From NCBI GenBank assembly GCA_034722055.1, contig JAYENL010000173.1, forward strand, positions 2,532 through 66,531: 64,000 nt of DNA, read 5' to 3'. The position numbers and the translations under genes were made by a program. Under the pieces are notes generated by a model, which ran no database searches, was not told the origin of the DNA, and saw only the letters and a list, made by a program, of their open reading frames with translations. This DNA comes from Armatimonadota bacterium (lineage in GTDB: Bacteria > Armatimonadota > Zipacnadia > Zipacnadales > UBA5352). This document shows, piece by piece, positions 28,655 through 38,882 of this stretch (its first letter is position 1; each line of letters starts with the position of its first letter).

Positions 28655-31241
28655 TTACGCGCCCTCGGCCGCCAGCAGGTGCTGGAGGCCCACGATCAGC
28701 TCCGCCGTGCGGCGGCGGGCCTCCAGGATGACCTGCATGTCGCCGGTGTGTCGCTGCTCGCGCACCCGCTGCGGCAGCTCCTCCTCACAGCCGGCCTCCA
28801 TCATGCCGGTCGTCACCCACTCCGGAACCGCGGCCATCTCCCGCCCGCGCCGCAGCAGCGTCGCATGCCTCTCGCGGACATCCTCGGGCAGCGCCTCCGC
28901 CTGGCTCACCAGCTCGCGCAGCATCGCCAGGTAGTCGCAATCCTCCATCCCCTCGCGCCAGTACTCAAAGGCCACCGTGCTCAGCGGCCGGCCGTCCGGT
29001 GCCCGGCGGATCAGCCCGCCCCACGTGAAGCTGCGGCTGTCCTCATCCCGGCTGCCCGGCTCCGGCCACAGGCCCTCGCCGTAGGGCCCGGCGCCCCCGC
29101 CGGCCGAGAGGTTCCAGTGCAGCACCCCGTCCAGGTCATCGTGCATTGTGGCCCAGTACTGCACCCGCATGAGCACCTCGTCGCGCTGGGCGGCGCGCAG
29201 GTTGTACCACCACACCTCCATCCCCTGCTGCCTGAGCAGGTCGCACACCTCCGGCGACAGCAGCCGCGTGACCACCGCCACGATGTCCAGGTTCTCGATC
29301 CGCTCGTAATCCTCCCACAGCGGCACGTTGACGGTCGTCATGGTGCGCACCTGCGGGTAGCGGCGCTTGAACTCTCCGTACATGTCCTCCAGCGCCGGCA
29401 CCAGCCCCGAGCCCAGCTCATCGAAGCCGTAGAGCACCAGATGGTCCATCAGCCACGGCGCCCGCTCGCGGACCTGCTGGATGCGCTTGTCCACTCGCCT
29501 GAGATAGTCGTTGCGCACCGAGTCCTTGAAGCGCACCTGGCCCTCCGGGCCCTCCTCGAAGCGCCCGGACCCCATGCGGCTGATGCGCTTGAGGTTGAAC
29601 AGGTCCGCCCCCCACTGGTGCCACCGCAGCATCGTCTCCAGGGGCGGCGGATCCGGCCACTGATAGATGCTCATGGCGTTGAAGCGGTGTGAGATGACCA
29701 GACGGGCGTTGGCGTCGGCCCACTCCCCGCTCCGGCCCCACCCATGTGTCGCGGTCTGCAGGGAGGCGTACTTCGGCAGCGTGAACGGCCACACGGTCAG
29801 ATGGACCCCCACCTCCTGCGGCTCCATGCCCTCGGCGCTGATGGTCACGGTGCCGGAGTACTGCCCCGGCGGCGTCTCCGGCGGCACGTAGACGTTGATC
29901 CAGACCGGCTGCACGCCCCCGCGCTTCACGTTGAAATTGCGCACGTCCGGCCGCAGCATGTCGGCGTAGTGGATGCCGTCGCCCGGGTGCGGCCGCCAGC
30001 CCATGGGCGCGACCTCGATGTTCTCCGGCGCAATGGCGCCCGGCCCGCGCAGCGCCGACACCTCCAGGCGCACACCCGTCAGCTCCCGGTCCCGCGCGAA
30101 GATGACAAGCTGGAAGGGCTCATACTCACGCCGTGCCGCCGCGATGCGCACCTCGCGGCCAAACGCTCCGGCGTAGTCCGCCGGGAACTCCGACAGCGTC
30201 TCGGGCGCCTCCGGGATGCCGATTGCCAGCGGCGCGTCCGGGAAATGCCGCTGCATCTCCGCCTCCACCCGTGCCGCGCCCAGCCGCCGCTCAACGGCCG
30301 CCAGCGCCCCCTCCAGCGCCCGCACATCGGCGTCAGCCGGAACGTCCGGCGGCGCATCCAGCGGCGTCATGAGCTGCGCCTCCTCGGCGGGGAGGGAGAG
30401 GGCGGTCAGGGCATCGACAGCGTCCGCAACCGTCGCATCCGAGAGCGATGCCAGCATCCCCCGCGCGTTCGCCGTCAGCTCAGCGACTCGCTCGCGCAAC
30501 TCCTGACGCGAGCCGGGCTCATGCGTGTCGGCCAGCGACGCCGCCAGCTCCTCCGCGCGCCCGGCCAGCTCCAGCACCCGGGCCTGCTCACCGGCAGGAG
30601 CCGTCTGCGCCGCGGCATCGAGGCGCGAGCGGAGCCGGGCGAGCCGCCGCTCGCAGCGATCGACGAGCCGGAAGTTGTCGAGGTAGATGACCCGCCGGTC
30701 GCGATTCTGGCGGGTTGTGAAGCGCAGCAGGATGATCTGGGACAGGTCCGGGTCGGGCACGCGCATGGCGTCGGTCCGCAGCGAGATGTGCCACTCTCCG
30801 GGCTGGATGGTGAGGGAGAACAGCCGGTTCTGGTTGGGGTTCTCCACGCCCCCCCCCGAGCACGTGGAGCCGGACGCCTTCATCGCTGGGAACGTGCGCC
30901 TCGAACGCAAGGCCGTCCCAGCCGCGCCAGTCGCCAGCGTCGATCTGCGGCGGGCGGAAGTTGATGACGCGCCAGTCGCCCTCGCCCTTCGCCCACTCGT
31001 GGAAGGTCAGCTTCAGCGACGCGGAGCCGCTCGACGCCCACTCGGTCGAGCGCTCCATGTCCGTCTCCGCCCCCTCACCCCAGTCGTCCCTCTGCCTGCC
31101 GGGCAGCTCCCAGCCCCCGGCCCAGTCATCGCCCTCGAAGTCCGCGACCTGACGCACCCGGACGAGGTCGTCAGCCGGCCCCCCACTCGCGGAGAGCGCC
31201 GTCAGCAGCACGGGAAGTGCCATCAGTCGAAGCCTGTACAC
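28655..31241 (-). pseudogene. DUF4091-like (GH123-related) secreted glycosidase with N-terminal CBM-like domains, interrupted by a frameshift in a G9 homopolymer.
   Basis: ORF 30588-31241 carries a signal peptide and CBM-like sequence up to ...PSDEGVRLHVLGGG. ORF 28655-30910 continues from GGGVENPNQNRLFSLTIQ... The junction is a run of 9 C on the plus strand (~30849-30857). Confidence 0.6.
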
Positions 31242-31272
31242 GCGGTATCACCATCCCTGGGGTCTCGCCTCG

Positions 31273-34200
31273 TCACTCGCCGACCCGCAGCAGCCGCACG
31301 CAGTGCGGGATGGCCGTCACGGTCAGACCGTCGGCGAGCTGCGCCACGGTGCCCAGCCTCTCGCCCGTGGCCACGTCGCTGATCGGCATGGGGGCAAGGA
31401 TCGGCAGCTCGAGGATCGTCGGATCGCAGCGCACGCTCGCCTCCACTGGTTGGTCAGCTATCGACAGCAGCGCGATGGTGCGCGCGTCGGGATAGGCGTA
31501 CACGAAGAGGTCGTCGCCGGTCACGTCCAGTCGGCCGCCCTGATCCTCGCGGTGCGCGGCCCAGAGGATGGTCGCGCGCAGCAGCCGCGAGAAGTCGTAT
31601 TCGCCGGACCACCCGGCGATCCACGCCGCGCGGCCCTCGCCCACCTCCCGCACGGTCATGCCCACCACCGGCTCCTCATCCTCACCCAGCAGCGCGTAAG
31701 CGACAGTTACGTCGTCCGCGATGGGGACCGCCTTCGCGACGTCGCGTATGCCAGCGATGACTTCGGCGCCGGCGATGGGCGCCTCCTGCACGCGCGCCAG
31801 CGACAGGCCGTCCTCCTCGCGGGCCGCCGCCAGCGCCTCCTCGTCGATCCACTCATCGCCGGAGTATGCCGCGGCAGCCTCCGCGGCGTCACTCGCAGGC
31901 GCGCCGGTCACGCCGAACACGTCGGCCAGCGCCCAGCCGTCCTCCAGCGCCGAGGATGCCTGCAGGCCGACCACGCCTCCGCCGGCGCGTACGAAGCCCT
32001 GGATTGCGTCCGCCAGGCGCTCGTCCTCCCAGATGTACCCGCCGCTCCAGGCGGTGCCGGGAAGGCCGTAGAGAAACAGGCAGTGCGCGTCCTCGGGAAC
32101 GCCTCCCTGGATAACGTCGCGGAAGCTGATGAAGCGCACGCGCACAGGCAGATCCGTGAGGTGCCACAACACGCGGTCGCCCCACGGCCGCCAGGAGTAC
32201 TGCCGGCCCCAGGAGTGCACCACGTAGAGGTTCGCGGCCCCCTCCCACGCCCGGGCTCTGCCGAGTCGGGCCATCAGCCGGAACTCATCGCTGATCTGCG
32301 CGAGCTGCTCCACCACGTCCTCGCGAATGGCGTCATCCGACAGCTCTGCGGCGTTCGGCATGGGCATCCAGTAGAGCCCCTCGGGCGGCTGCATCAGCAG
32401 CCCACGCCGGGCGCGGTCCCACTTCCCCGCGTAGAGGGCCGCGCCATCGGGGCGCGCCACCAGGTGTGAGTGCAGCCAGTCCACGCGCATGCGGCGGTAG
32501 ACATCGCCGGGGAAGTCCACGAGCGCCCGCGCGGTCACAGGGTCACCGGAGGGCTTGTCCACCTCATCGACATTCCCGGCCTCCAGGCTCCCCAGGTAGG
32601 GCTCGATGCCCACATGGCAGTCGCCCCAATACAGCCAGGTGCGCGCGCCGCGCTCGTGGACGACGTCGGTCGCCCGCCGCATCCAGGGCTTCACGTGTTC
32701 CTGCACCCACTGCATCCACGGCAGGTACTCCGGCTGAGGTGGCACATCCAGCGTCCGCGGGGGCATCACCAGCCAGCGGGGGTCGAACTCGATGCCGGTG
32801 TCCTCGGTGAACCGCCACTGGTTCTCAGGCCGGGCGGCGTTGGTGTAGGACTCCCAGTCATAGCCGCCCTGCGGGTTGCGCCCAGGCCAGGCGAAGGCCA
32901 GGTCATCATACCAGAAGGTCTCCAGCACGCCCTCCAGCCGCTCCACCTCCTCGGTCAGCACCTCCAGCGCGTGCTCCGCGAAGGGCTCGTGGAGCAGGTC
33001 GCCGATGCGGGTGGTCTCGTTGAGGTAGTAGACCCGGTAGACGCGCCCCTCCTGCGCCTGGTTAATGGTGACCGTGCGCGAGGGATGGTCGTACTCCCAC
33101 GCATGCGGGGGCAGCTCCTCGTCCGTCGCCGTGTCCACGATGCGCCAGTGCTCCGCCGGCGGGAAGAAGTCGCTGACCTTCATGCCGCCCCACTCCGGCG
33201 CCTGCAGCTTCAGCGTTACGCTCTCCCCCTGCGCCGGCTGGGTGTCCATGTACCAGTAGCCGAACTGGAGGTGGTCCGGCTCCTCGGCGGTGTGGATGGG
33301 CGCGCTGGAGAGCATCGCGGTGTGGTAGCCCTCCTCCACCCACCGCGCGAGGCCCTCCCGGGAGGCGCTGCCGTGCGGCGTGACCAGCTCATTGGCGCCG
33401 ATCCGCTCCGCCCACGGGAGAGCCGCCTCCGCGTCGTCGGCGGACCAGCTCATGGTGATGCGCACGTCCTCGTCCCGCTCGGCCCGCACGTGCCGCCGCA
33501 CGGCCAGCCGATAGGCGGCCTCGCCGGTGGCGATGGCGTGCACGCGCCGCTCCGCGGCGGTGAGGTAGCGCCCGGCCAGATCCAGGTCGCGGCGCTGCAG
33601 GCGATCCCGCGCCGCCGCCAGCGCCTGCAGCACTACGCCTCTCTCGGGCAGGTCGGGGTCGGCATCCGCCAGCGCATCCTCGATGGCCTCGGTCCGCCGC
33701 TGCAGCTCATCCATCCTGCCGCCTCCATAGCTGACCGGCCGCGTTAGCGTCGCGATCCGCTCGCCAGCCGCGTCCAGGAACTCCACGCTGACCTCCGCCT
33801 CGCCGTCACCGAGCCGCTCCGCCTCCAGCAGTGGAGCGTTCGCCTCGCCGACCGGGAGCTCCCGCGACAGCAGCTCCTCGCCGGCGGCGCTGGTGATCCG
33901 CACGCGGATGCTGGTCACCCTCTCCGGCAGCTCCACGTCGCCCAGGTCAAGCTGCACGGACTCGCCGTCGAGGTAGACGCGCTCGGTCAGCAGGGGCTGG
34001 AACTCGCGCACGACGCTGGAGATGCGGATCTCGTCGAAGGCCCCGCGCAGGTGCGCCCGCCATCCATCGTGGGAGCCGAAGGTGCAGGAGCCGCCCTTCT
34101 CGGTGTAGGTGCCCTCATCGGCGTGCTGCGTCTCGGCCACCAGCCGACCGTTCAGGTAGAGGCGCACGGTGCGGTCGGCCTGGTGCGTCACCGCCACGTG

Positions 34201-34689
34201 CTGCCACCGGCCCCGGCGCCACGGGATTCCCGCCGGGGAGTGCCAGCGGATGGGGAAGGTCTCGGCGCGGTAGCCGAAGCTGGCCGTGCCCCGGTTGTAG
34301 TGGGCCGCCAGGTAGTAGTTGATGCTCACGGAGAAGATGGTGCCCTCGGCGCTGTCGGGGCGAAACCAGCACTCGATGGTGAAGGGCTGATCGACGGCCA
34401 GCCGCAGGCTCTCATCGAAGGGCACGCGGACGCACTCGCCGCCGCCCTCCAGCTCAGCGCCGCGGCCGAAGACGCCCTCAGCGCTCTCGGCGCCCTTGAC
34501 GAGCTGTCCATCCACCGGGGCGGTGCCCAGATTCGGCTGCTCCTCGCCCCCCTCGTCGAGGTGCAGCAGCAGGAGGGTGTCCTCGTCGGGCTCGTAGGGA
34601 AGGAACCAGGCCTCGGCTCCAAAGGCCGCGGCTGCAGAAAGCAGCAACCCCGCAACGCAGATGGCTCTCATTGAGGGCCTCCCGTGCAA
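31273..34689 (-). CDS. Secreted multidomain protein: N-terminal LamG/concanavalin-like domain, a central glycoside-hydrolase-like region, and a C-terminal ThuA/GATase1-like domain.
   Basis: A signal peptide is present. The C-terminus contains CLFLYGLPGTAWSGGYIWEDERLADAIQGFVRAGGGVVGL. Length is 1138 aa. Confidence 0.55.
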   Translation of the reverse strand: MHGRPSMRAICVAGLLLSAAAAFGAEAWFLPYEPDEDTLLLLHLDEGGEEQPNLGTAPVDGQLVKGAESAEGVFGRGAELEGGGECVRVPFDESLRLAVDQPFTIECWFRPDSAEGTIFSVSINYYLAAHYNRGTASFGYRAETFPIRWHSPAGIPWRRGRWQHVAVTHQADRTVRLYLNGRLVAETQHADEGTYTEKGGSCTFGSHDGWRAHLRGAFDEIRISSVVREFQPLLTERVYLDGESVQLDLGDVELPERVTSIRVRITSAAGEELLSRELPVGEANAPLLEAERLGDGEAEVSVEFLDAAGERIATLTRPVSYGGGRMDELQRRTEAIEDALADADPDLPERGVVLQALAAARDRLQRRDLDLAGRYLTAAERRVHAIATGEAAYRLAVRRHVRAERDEDVRITMSWSADDAEAALPWAERIGANELVTPHGSASREGLARWVEEGYHTAMLSSAPIHTAEEPDHLQFGYWYMDTQPAQGESVTLKLQAPEWGGMKVSDFFPPAEHWRIVDTATDEELPPHAWEYDHPSRTVTINQAQEGRVYRVYYLNETTRIGDLLHEPFAEHALEVLTEEVERLEGVLETFWYDDLAFAWPGRNPQGGYDWESYTNAARPENQWRFTEDTGIEFDPRWLVMPPRTLDVPPQPEYLPWMQWVQEHVKPWMRRATDVVHERGARTWLYWGDCHVGIEPYLGSLEAGNVDEVDKPSGDPVTARALVDFPGDVYRRMRVDWLHSHLVARPDGAALYAGKWDRARRGLLMQPPEGLYWMPMPNAAELSDDAIREDVVEQLAQISDEFRLMARLGRARAWEGAANLYVVHSWGRQYSWRPWGDRVLWHLTDLPVRVRFISFRDVIQGGVPEDAHCLFLYGLPGTAWSGGYIWEDERLADAIQGFVRAGGGVVGLQASSALEDGWALADVFGVTGAPASDAAEAAAAYSGDEWIDEEALAAAREEDGLSLARVQEAPIAGAEVIAGIRDVAKAVPIADDVTVAYALLGEDEEPVVGMTVREVGEGRAAWIAGWSGEYDFSRLLRATILWAAHREDQGGRLDVTGDDLFVYAYPDARTIALLSIADQPVEASVRCDPTILELPILAPMPISDVATGERLGTVAQLADGLTVTAIPHCVRLLRVGE

Positions 34690-34693
34690 CGGC

Positions 34694-37600
34694 TCATTGG
34701 GCGCCGGCCCAGGTCACGGCGTTGAGCAGAAGCTGCGCCTCGGCGCCCTGGGGCGGGACGTCGCTGGCGTCGTCGTCGATGCCGACCGCCAGGCCGATGG
34801 CCACGTAGCGGCCCTCGCCGAAGCTGCCGGCCACCACCACGGGCAGCTCGTCTCCCGCGCCCTTCGCCAGCACCACGCCAGCGGAGCCCGGCTCAAGCTG
34901 GATGTGGTCGTAGTAGGAGTGGGGATGCTCCACGTCCGGCTCGATGCCCGCGGTCACCGGGTGCTCGGCGACCACCATCCAGTGCCGCACGTCGATCTTG
35001 TCCACGCCGCCGGCGCAGACCTCGGGGATGACGGCCGGCTGATCCCGGAAGCCGACCGAGTCATGGGTCGCGATGAGCCCCCCGCCACCCCGGACGTAGT
35101 CGCGGAGGGCCCTCACATCGTCGTCGCCGATCACTCCGGCCATCTTCGGCTGCGGCAGGATGACGACGTCGCAGGGCTTGAGGTACGCCGCTCCGAGGCC
35201 CGAGAGCGGGCGCACCTCCACGCCCTCCTGCTCGCCCAGCCACTGCTGGATGGCCGATGCCCCGTAGCCGCCCGGCAGAACCGCGGCGTGCACGCCCTCG
35301 GTAACGAAGCGCGGCGGCCCGAAGGCCGCCGCCTGGTCTTCCGTCATAGGCCGCAGCGGCGGTGGGGGCTGGCCGGCGTCGAGCTGTCCGGCCTTGCGCA
35401 TCCAGATGTCGCCGTTGCAGCCCTGGCGGTCGGCTGGCAGGCCGGTGTCCGGTGTCCCCCGGATGTCCACGCGGATGAAGTAGCGTGCCTCCGGGTCGGT
35501 CTCCTCCACCTCCAGCGTATAGGCGGTGTTCTCGGGCCTAGCGCCCGCGCTGCCCTCGTGCTCGTCTGAGGCCACCACAGTAGCGCCCTCGGGGTCCTCG
35601 CCCTCCGCCTCCAGCAGCTCCACGGCGTAGGAGTGCAGCCCGTTCCAGCCGCTGGTGTAGCGGAAGCCCACGGTGTAGGTGCCGGGGCCCATCATCATGT
35701 CGGTCACATCGAAGGTCTTCTCCCGCCGCCGGTTCTCCTCGAAGTCCTCGGCGGTCCAGCCCCCGACCACCGTCATCCGGTAGGGCCTGCCGGGGTCCTC
35801 GATGCCGAACTGCTGCATGAACTCCCCGATCTCCGAGGCGGTCTGGTCGATGACCTCGATGGTGTCATCGAACCGCCGCGCCCCCTCCCAGCCCTCCAGC
35901 GACTCCCGCCAGTCCCGCAGCCCGCTCGTGGCCTGCTGCGAGGCCAGAGCCATCTCGTACATCAGCTCATTGAGGCGCTGCCGCGTCTGCGCCGGCTGGG
36001 GGGTCTCCTGGCTGAGGGCCACCGTCATGTCGTAGATGGTCCGCAGCATCCGGACCATCCCGCCGACGGTCTCCGCCTCCGCCACCAGCGTCGGGGCCTC
36101 CCACTCCCGTGCCGTCTCCGCCGCCCAGCGGCAGGTCTCGATGTCCGCATCCAGCCGCTCCAGCGACGGGAAGTACCGGTACATCCCCTCGCCCAGCGTC
36201 GGCACGGTGCGGCCCTTGACCACCGCCGCCGCCCGGCCAAAGAACGCCGAATAGGGCACGCGCGAGCCGTACAGGTCCCAGCCCACCGGCCCCATGCGCA
36301 CCGCCCACTCAGCGGCTGCGTCCGGGGCCTCGAAGCCGCGGCGGGTGAAGTAGGCGGCGGCGAACTCCCGCGGGCTGCGCCCCTTGGCATTCCACGACCA
36401 CTCCGCGGCGGCGATGACGTTGAACTCGTAGCAGACGTTGTCCGGCGTGGCGTAGCCGCAGAGGCACTCCAGGCCGTCGCTGACGAACTCGTTCATCCGG
36501 TAGTGGATGAACTGCGGGCCGGTCCAGGGGCACACGATGCGCCACGATGCGGTGAGCTGGGGATAGCAGCCCAGCCACCGGCCCTCGTCGGCGTAGTCCT
36601 CCAGCAGCGGGTAGATCATCTCCTCCCGCGAGCTGTCGTAGGTCCGTCCGCCATGGTAGTAGGTCACCCCGATATCGGGCGGGACCTCCTCCAGGACCTT
36701 GTCGTTGGTCTCGTAGCTGCCCTGGGTGAGCAGGATGCGCAGGCCCACGTCCGGGTGGTCGTTCTGTATCTGCCTGTAGGCCTTCACCAGAGCCCGGGTC
36801 TCCAGGACGAACTGCCCCACCTTCTGGCACTCCTCGCACTCGCACTGCACGTGGGACTCGCTGAGCCAGGCGCAGATGTCCGTCACGCCCTCCAGCGACG
36901 CCATCCCGTCCATCCAGCCGGCGAGGATGTCCACGAATCTGGGGTTGCTCGCACAGGGGGCGATGAGGCCCCGGGGGGCGGTCTCGATGTCGTAACCCTC
37001 GCCGGCCAGCTCCGGATACACGTCGTAGAGGCCGGTGCGCTTGAGGTGCTCCAGGTGGGTAATGATGGGCACCAGGTTCAGGGCGTTGGCGCGCGCCCGC
37101 GCCCGGTCCTCGGCACTCATCGTCACCTCCGTGGTGCCATCCTCGCGCACGTGCAGGCCCACGTGCGTCTCCACCAGGTTCATCTTGTGTGCGGCCAGCA
37201 TCTCGATGTCCCGGACGCTGGAGCCGCCCCACTCGCCACGCTCGGACAGATCCGGCCAGTCGAGGACCTCGACCAGGGGGACTTCCACGCGGCCGTCGGT
37301 GAGAGTGGCCTCCAGGAGCTGGCGGAGCGTCTGGGCGGCGTAGTAGACGCCCGCCGGCGTCAGGGCCGTGAGCGCCAGCTCGCTGTCGCCCAGCGGCACG
37401 ATGGCGTAGGCCTGATCGGAGTTGGGCAGGCCCCGCAGTCGCTGGGGGTCGATGGCCTTGCGGCCGCGGACCATGCCCTCGTCATCGCACACGCCGATGA
37501 CGATGCGCAGGACCTGATCCGCCGCGGGCAGGCGATCCTCGCTGTCCAGCAGCTCCTCGAGCTGCGCGGCAGCGACCTGCTCCGGCTCCGTGGCACCGCG

Positions 37601-37786
37601 CCGCAGGCGGATACCGATCTGCGCGGGGACCGCGTCCAGCTTGCGGGGGATCTCAATGCGCTTCGGCAGCGGAATGGCCCAGCGCTGCCACGCCGCGGCC
37701 TCCTGTGGGCTCACATCGCGAACCTCCGCGGCCGTCACGCCGGCGCACAGCAGTCCGGCCAGTAGAACCACTATCGCGCGTGTCAT
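34694..37786 (-). CDS. Secreted DUF4838-like protein with a C-terminal ThuA/GATase1-like domain.
   Basis: SD GGGAGGTG precedes the ATG at 37786 (MTRAIVVLLAGLLCAGVTA). The Cys cluster HVQCECEECQKVGQ parallels the one in 2267-4543. The C-terminus contains VVILPQP...LRDYVRGGGGLIATHD. Confidence 0.55.
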   Translation of the reverse strand: MTRAIVVLLAGLLCAGVTAAEVRDVSPQEAAAWQRWAIPLPKRIEIPRKLDAVPAQIGIRLRRGATEPEQVAAAQLEELLDSEDRLPAADQVLRIVIGVCDDEGMVRGRKAIDPQRLRGLPNSDQAYAIVPLGDSELALTALTPAGVYYAAQTLRQLLEATLTDGRVEVPLVEVLDWPDLSERGEWGGSSVRDIEMLAAHKMNLVETHVGLHVREDGTTEVTMSAEDRARARANALNLVPIITHLEHLKRTGLYDVYPELAGEGYDIETAPRGLIAPCASNPRFVDILAGWMDGMASLEGVTDICAWLSESHVQCECEECQKVGQFVLETRALVKAYRQIQNDHPDVGLRILLTQGSYETNDKVLEEVPPDIGVTYYHGGRTYDSSREEMIYPLLEDYADEGRWLGCYPQLTASWRIVCPWTGPQFIHYRMNEFVSDGLECLCGYATPDNVCYEFNVIAAAEWSWNAKGRSPREFAAAYFTRRGFEAPDAAAEWAVRMGPVGWDLYGSRVPYSAFFGRAAAVVKGRTVPTLGEGMYRYFPSLERLDADIETCRWAAETAREWEAPTLVAEAETVGGMVRMLRTIYDMTVALSQETPQPAQTRQRLNELMYEMALASQQATSGLRDWRESLEGWEGARRFDDTIEVIDQTASEIGEFMQQFGIEDPGRPYRMTVVGGWTAEDFEENRRREKTFDVTDMMMGPGTYTVGFRYTSGWNGLHSYAVELLEAEGEDPEGATVVASDEHEGSAGARPENTAYTLEVEETDPEARYFIRVDIRGTPDTGLPADRQGCNGDIWMRKAGQLDAGQPPPPLRPMTEDQAAAFGPPRFVTEGVHAAVLPGGYGASAIQQWLGEQEGVEVRPLSGLGAAYLKPCDVVILPQPKMAGVIGDDDVRALRDYVRGGGGLIATHDSVGFRDQPAVIPEVCAGGVDKIDVRHWMVVAEHPVTAGIEPDVEHPHSYYDHIQLEPGSAGVVLAKGAGDELPVVVAGSFGEGRYVAIGLAVGIDDDASDVPPQGAEAQLLLNAVTWAGAQ

Positions 37787-37917
37787 TTCGGCACCTCCCG
37801 ACTGGAGTATGGGACAGCCGGCATCCCCGGGAGGAGCACGGCCGCCCTCCGCGAACACATTCTACGGGACCGGCCCTTGCGCCTCCGTCACCAGCTCACT
37901 TGTTGGGACTGACGTCC

Positions 37918-38577
37918 GTGAGTCCGCTGCTGAGGCTTATCGCCGCGGTGCTGACCGGCACGCTTATCGCCGGCTGCCCGCCTGGTGAGGACGCCACGGC
38001 GCCGCCTCCCGCTCCTGAGATCGAGCACGCCGACGACGAGGCGCCCCCCCGTCCCGCCGCCGTGGAGCCGCGGCAAGTGTCCGCGGATGAGGGGCCGCCC
38101 GGCGGCGGTTCCCGGCCGCCGGCGACTGATGCGGAGACCGCTGCCGCCCCTCAGCCGGAGGCGGAGAGCGAGGAGCAGCGACAGCCGAATAGCGGCGAGG
38201 CCCTGTGCACCCGCGTCATCGACGGCGACACCATCGAGCTGGCGGACGGCGAGCACGTGCGCTACATCGGCATCGACACCCCCGAGATGCGCCCTGTGGA
38301 GGCCTGGGCCGAGGCCGCCACGCGCGCCAACCGGGAGCTGGTGGAGGGCAAGATCCTCCGGCTGGTGCTTGACGTCGAGGAGCGCGACCGCTACGGCCGC
38401 CTGCTGGCCTACGTTTACGTGGATGACACCTTCGTCAACGCCGAGCTGGTCCGCCGAGGGCTGGCCCAAGTCGTCACCTATCCCCCGAACGTCCGCCACC
38501 AGGATGAGCTGCTGCGACTGCAGCGCCAGGCCCGCGAGGCCGGCCGGGGCCTGTGGAGCGACGCAGACGATGGATAA
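37918..38577 (+). CDS. Thermonuclease (SNase/micrococcal-nuclease-like) lipoprotein.
   Basis: A lipoprotein signal ends in LIAGC. The SNase core VIDGDTIEL...YIGIDTPE...RYGRLLAYVY is present. The start is uncertain (GTG 37918, or TTG at 37900/37903). Confidence 0.7.
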   Translation: MSPLLRLIAAVLTGTLIAGCPPGEDATAPPPAPEIEHADDEAPPRPAAVEPRQVSADEGPPGGGSRPPATDAETAAAPQPEAESEEQRQPNSGEALCTRVIDGDTIELADGEHVRYIGIDTPEMRPVEAWAEAATRANRELVEGKILRLVLDVEERDRYGRLLAYVYVDDTFVNAELVRRGLAQVVTYPPNVRHQDELLRLQRQAREAGRGLWSDADDG

Positions 38578-38603
38578 ACCAGCAGTGACGGGGAGGGCCG
38601 GAC

Positions 38604-38882
38604 ATGCGACTGAACGTGTGGGCGTTCGGGCTGACCACCGGCATCCTGTGGGGCATCGCTCTGCCCCTGCTGGCCCTGTGGGTCATGATCCAGGGCGACA
38701 TGGGCGCCGAGATCGGTCTTTTGAGCCAGACCTATCCGGGATATGCGGCCACGCCGGTGGGCGCCTCCCTGGGCGTGCCCTGGGGCATCGCGGACGGCCT
38801 GCCCTTCGGGCTGGTCTTCGCCTGGCTCTACAATCGGCTCGCGCGCGCAATGGGTGAGGACACCGATGCCAGAGCTGCCTGA
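38604..38882 (+). CDS. Small two-TM membrane protein, 92 aa, function unknown.
   Basis: A strong SD GGGGAGGG is present. Two hydrophobic helices are predicted. The 3' end overlaps the fpg start by 17 nt. Confidence 0.4.
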   Translation: MRLNVWAFGLTTGILWGIALPLLALWVMIQGDMGAEIGLLSQTYPGYAATPVGASLGVPWGIADGLPFGLVFAWLYNRLARAMGEDTDARAA

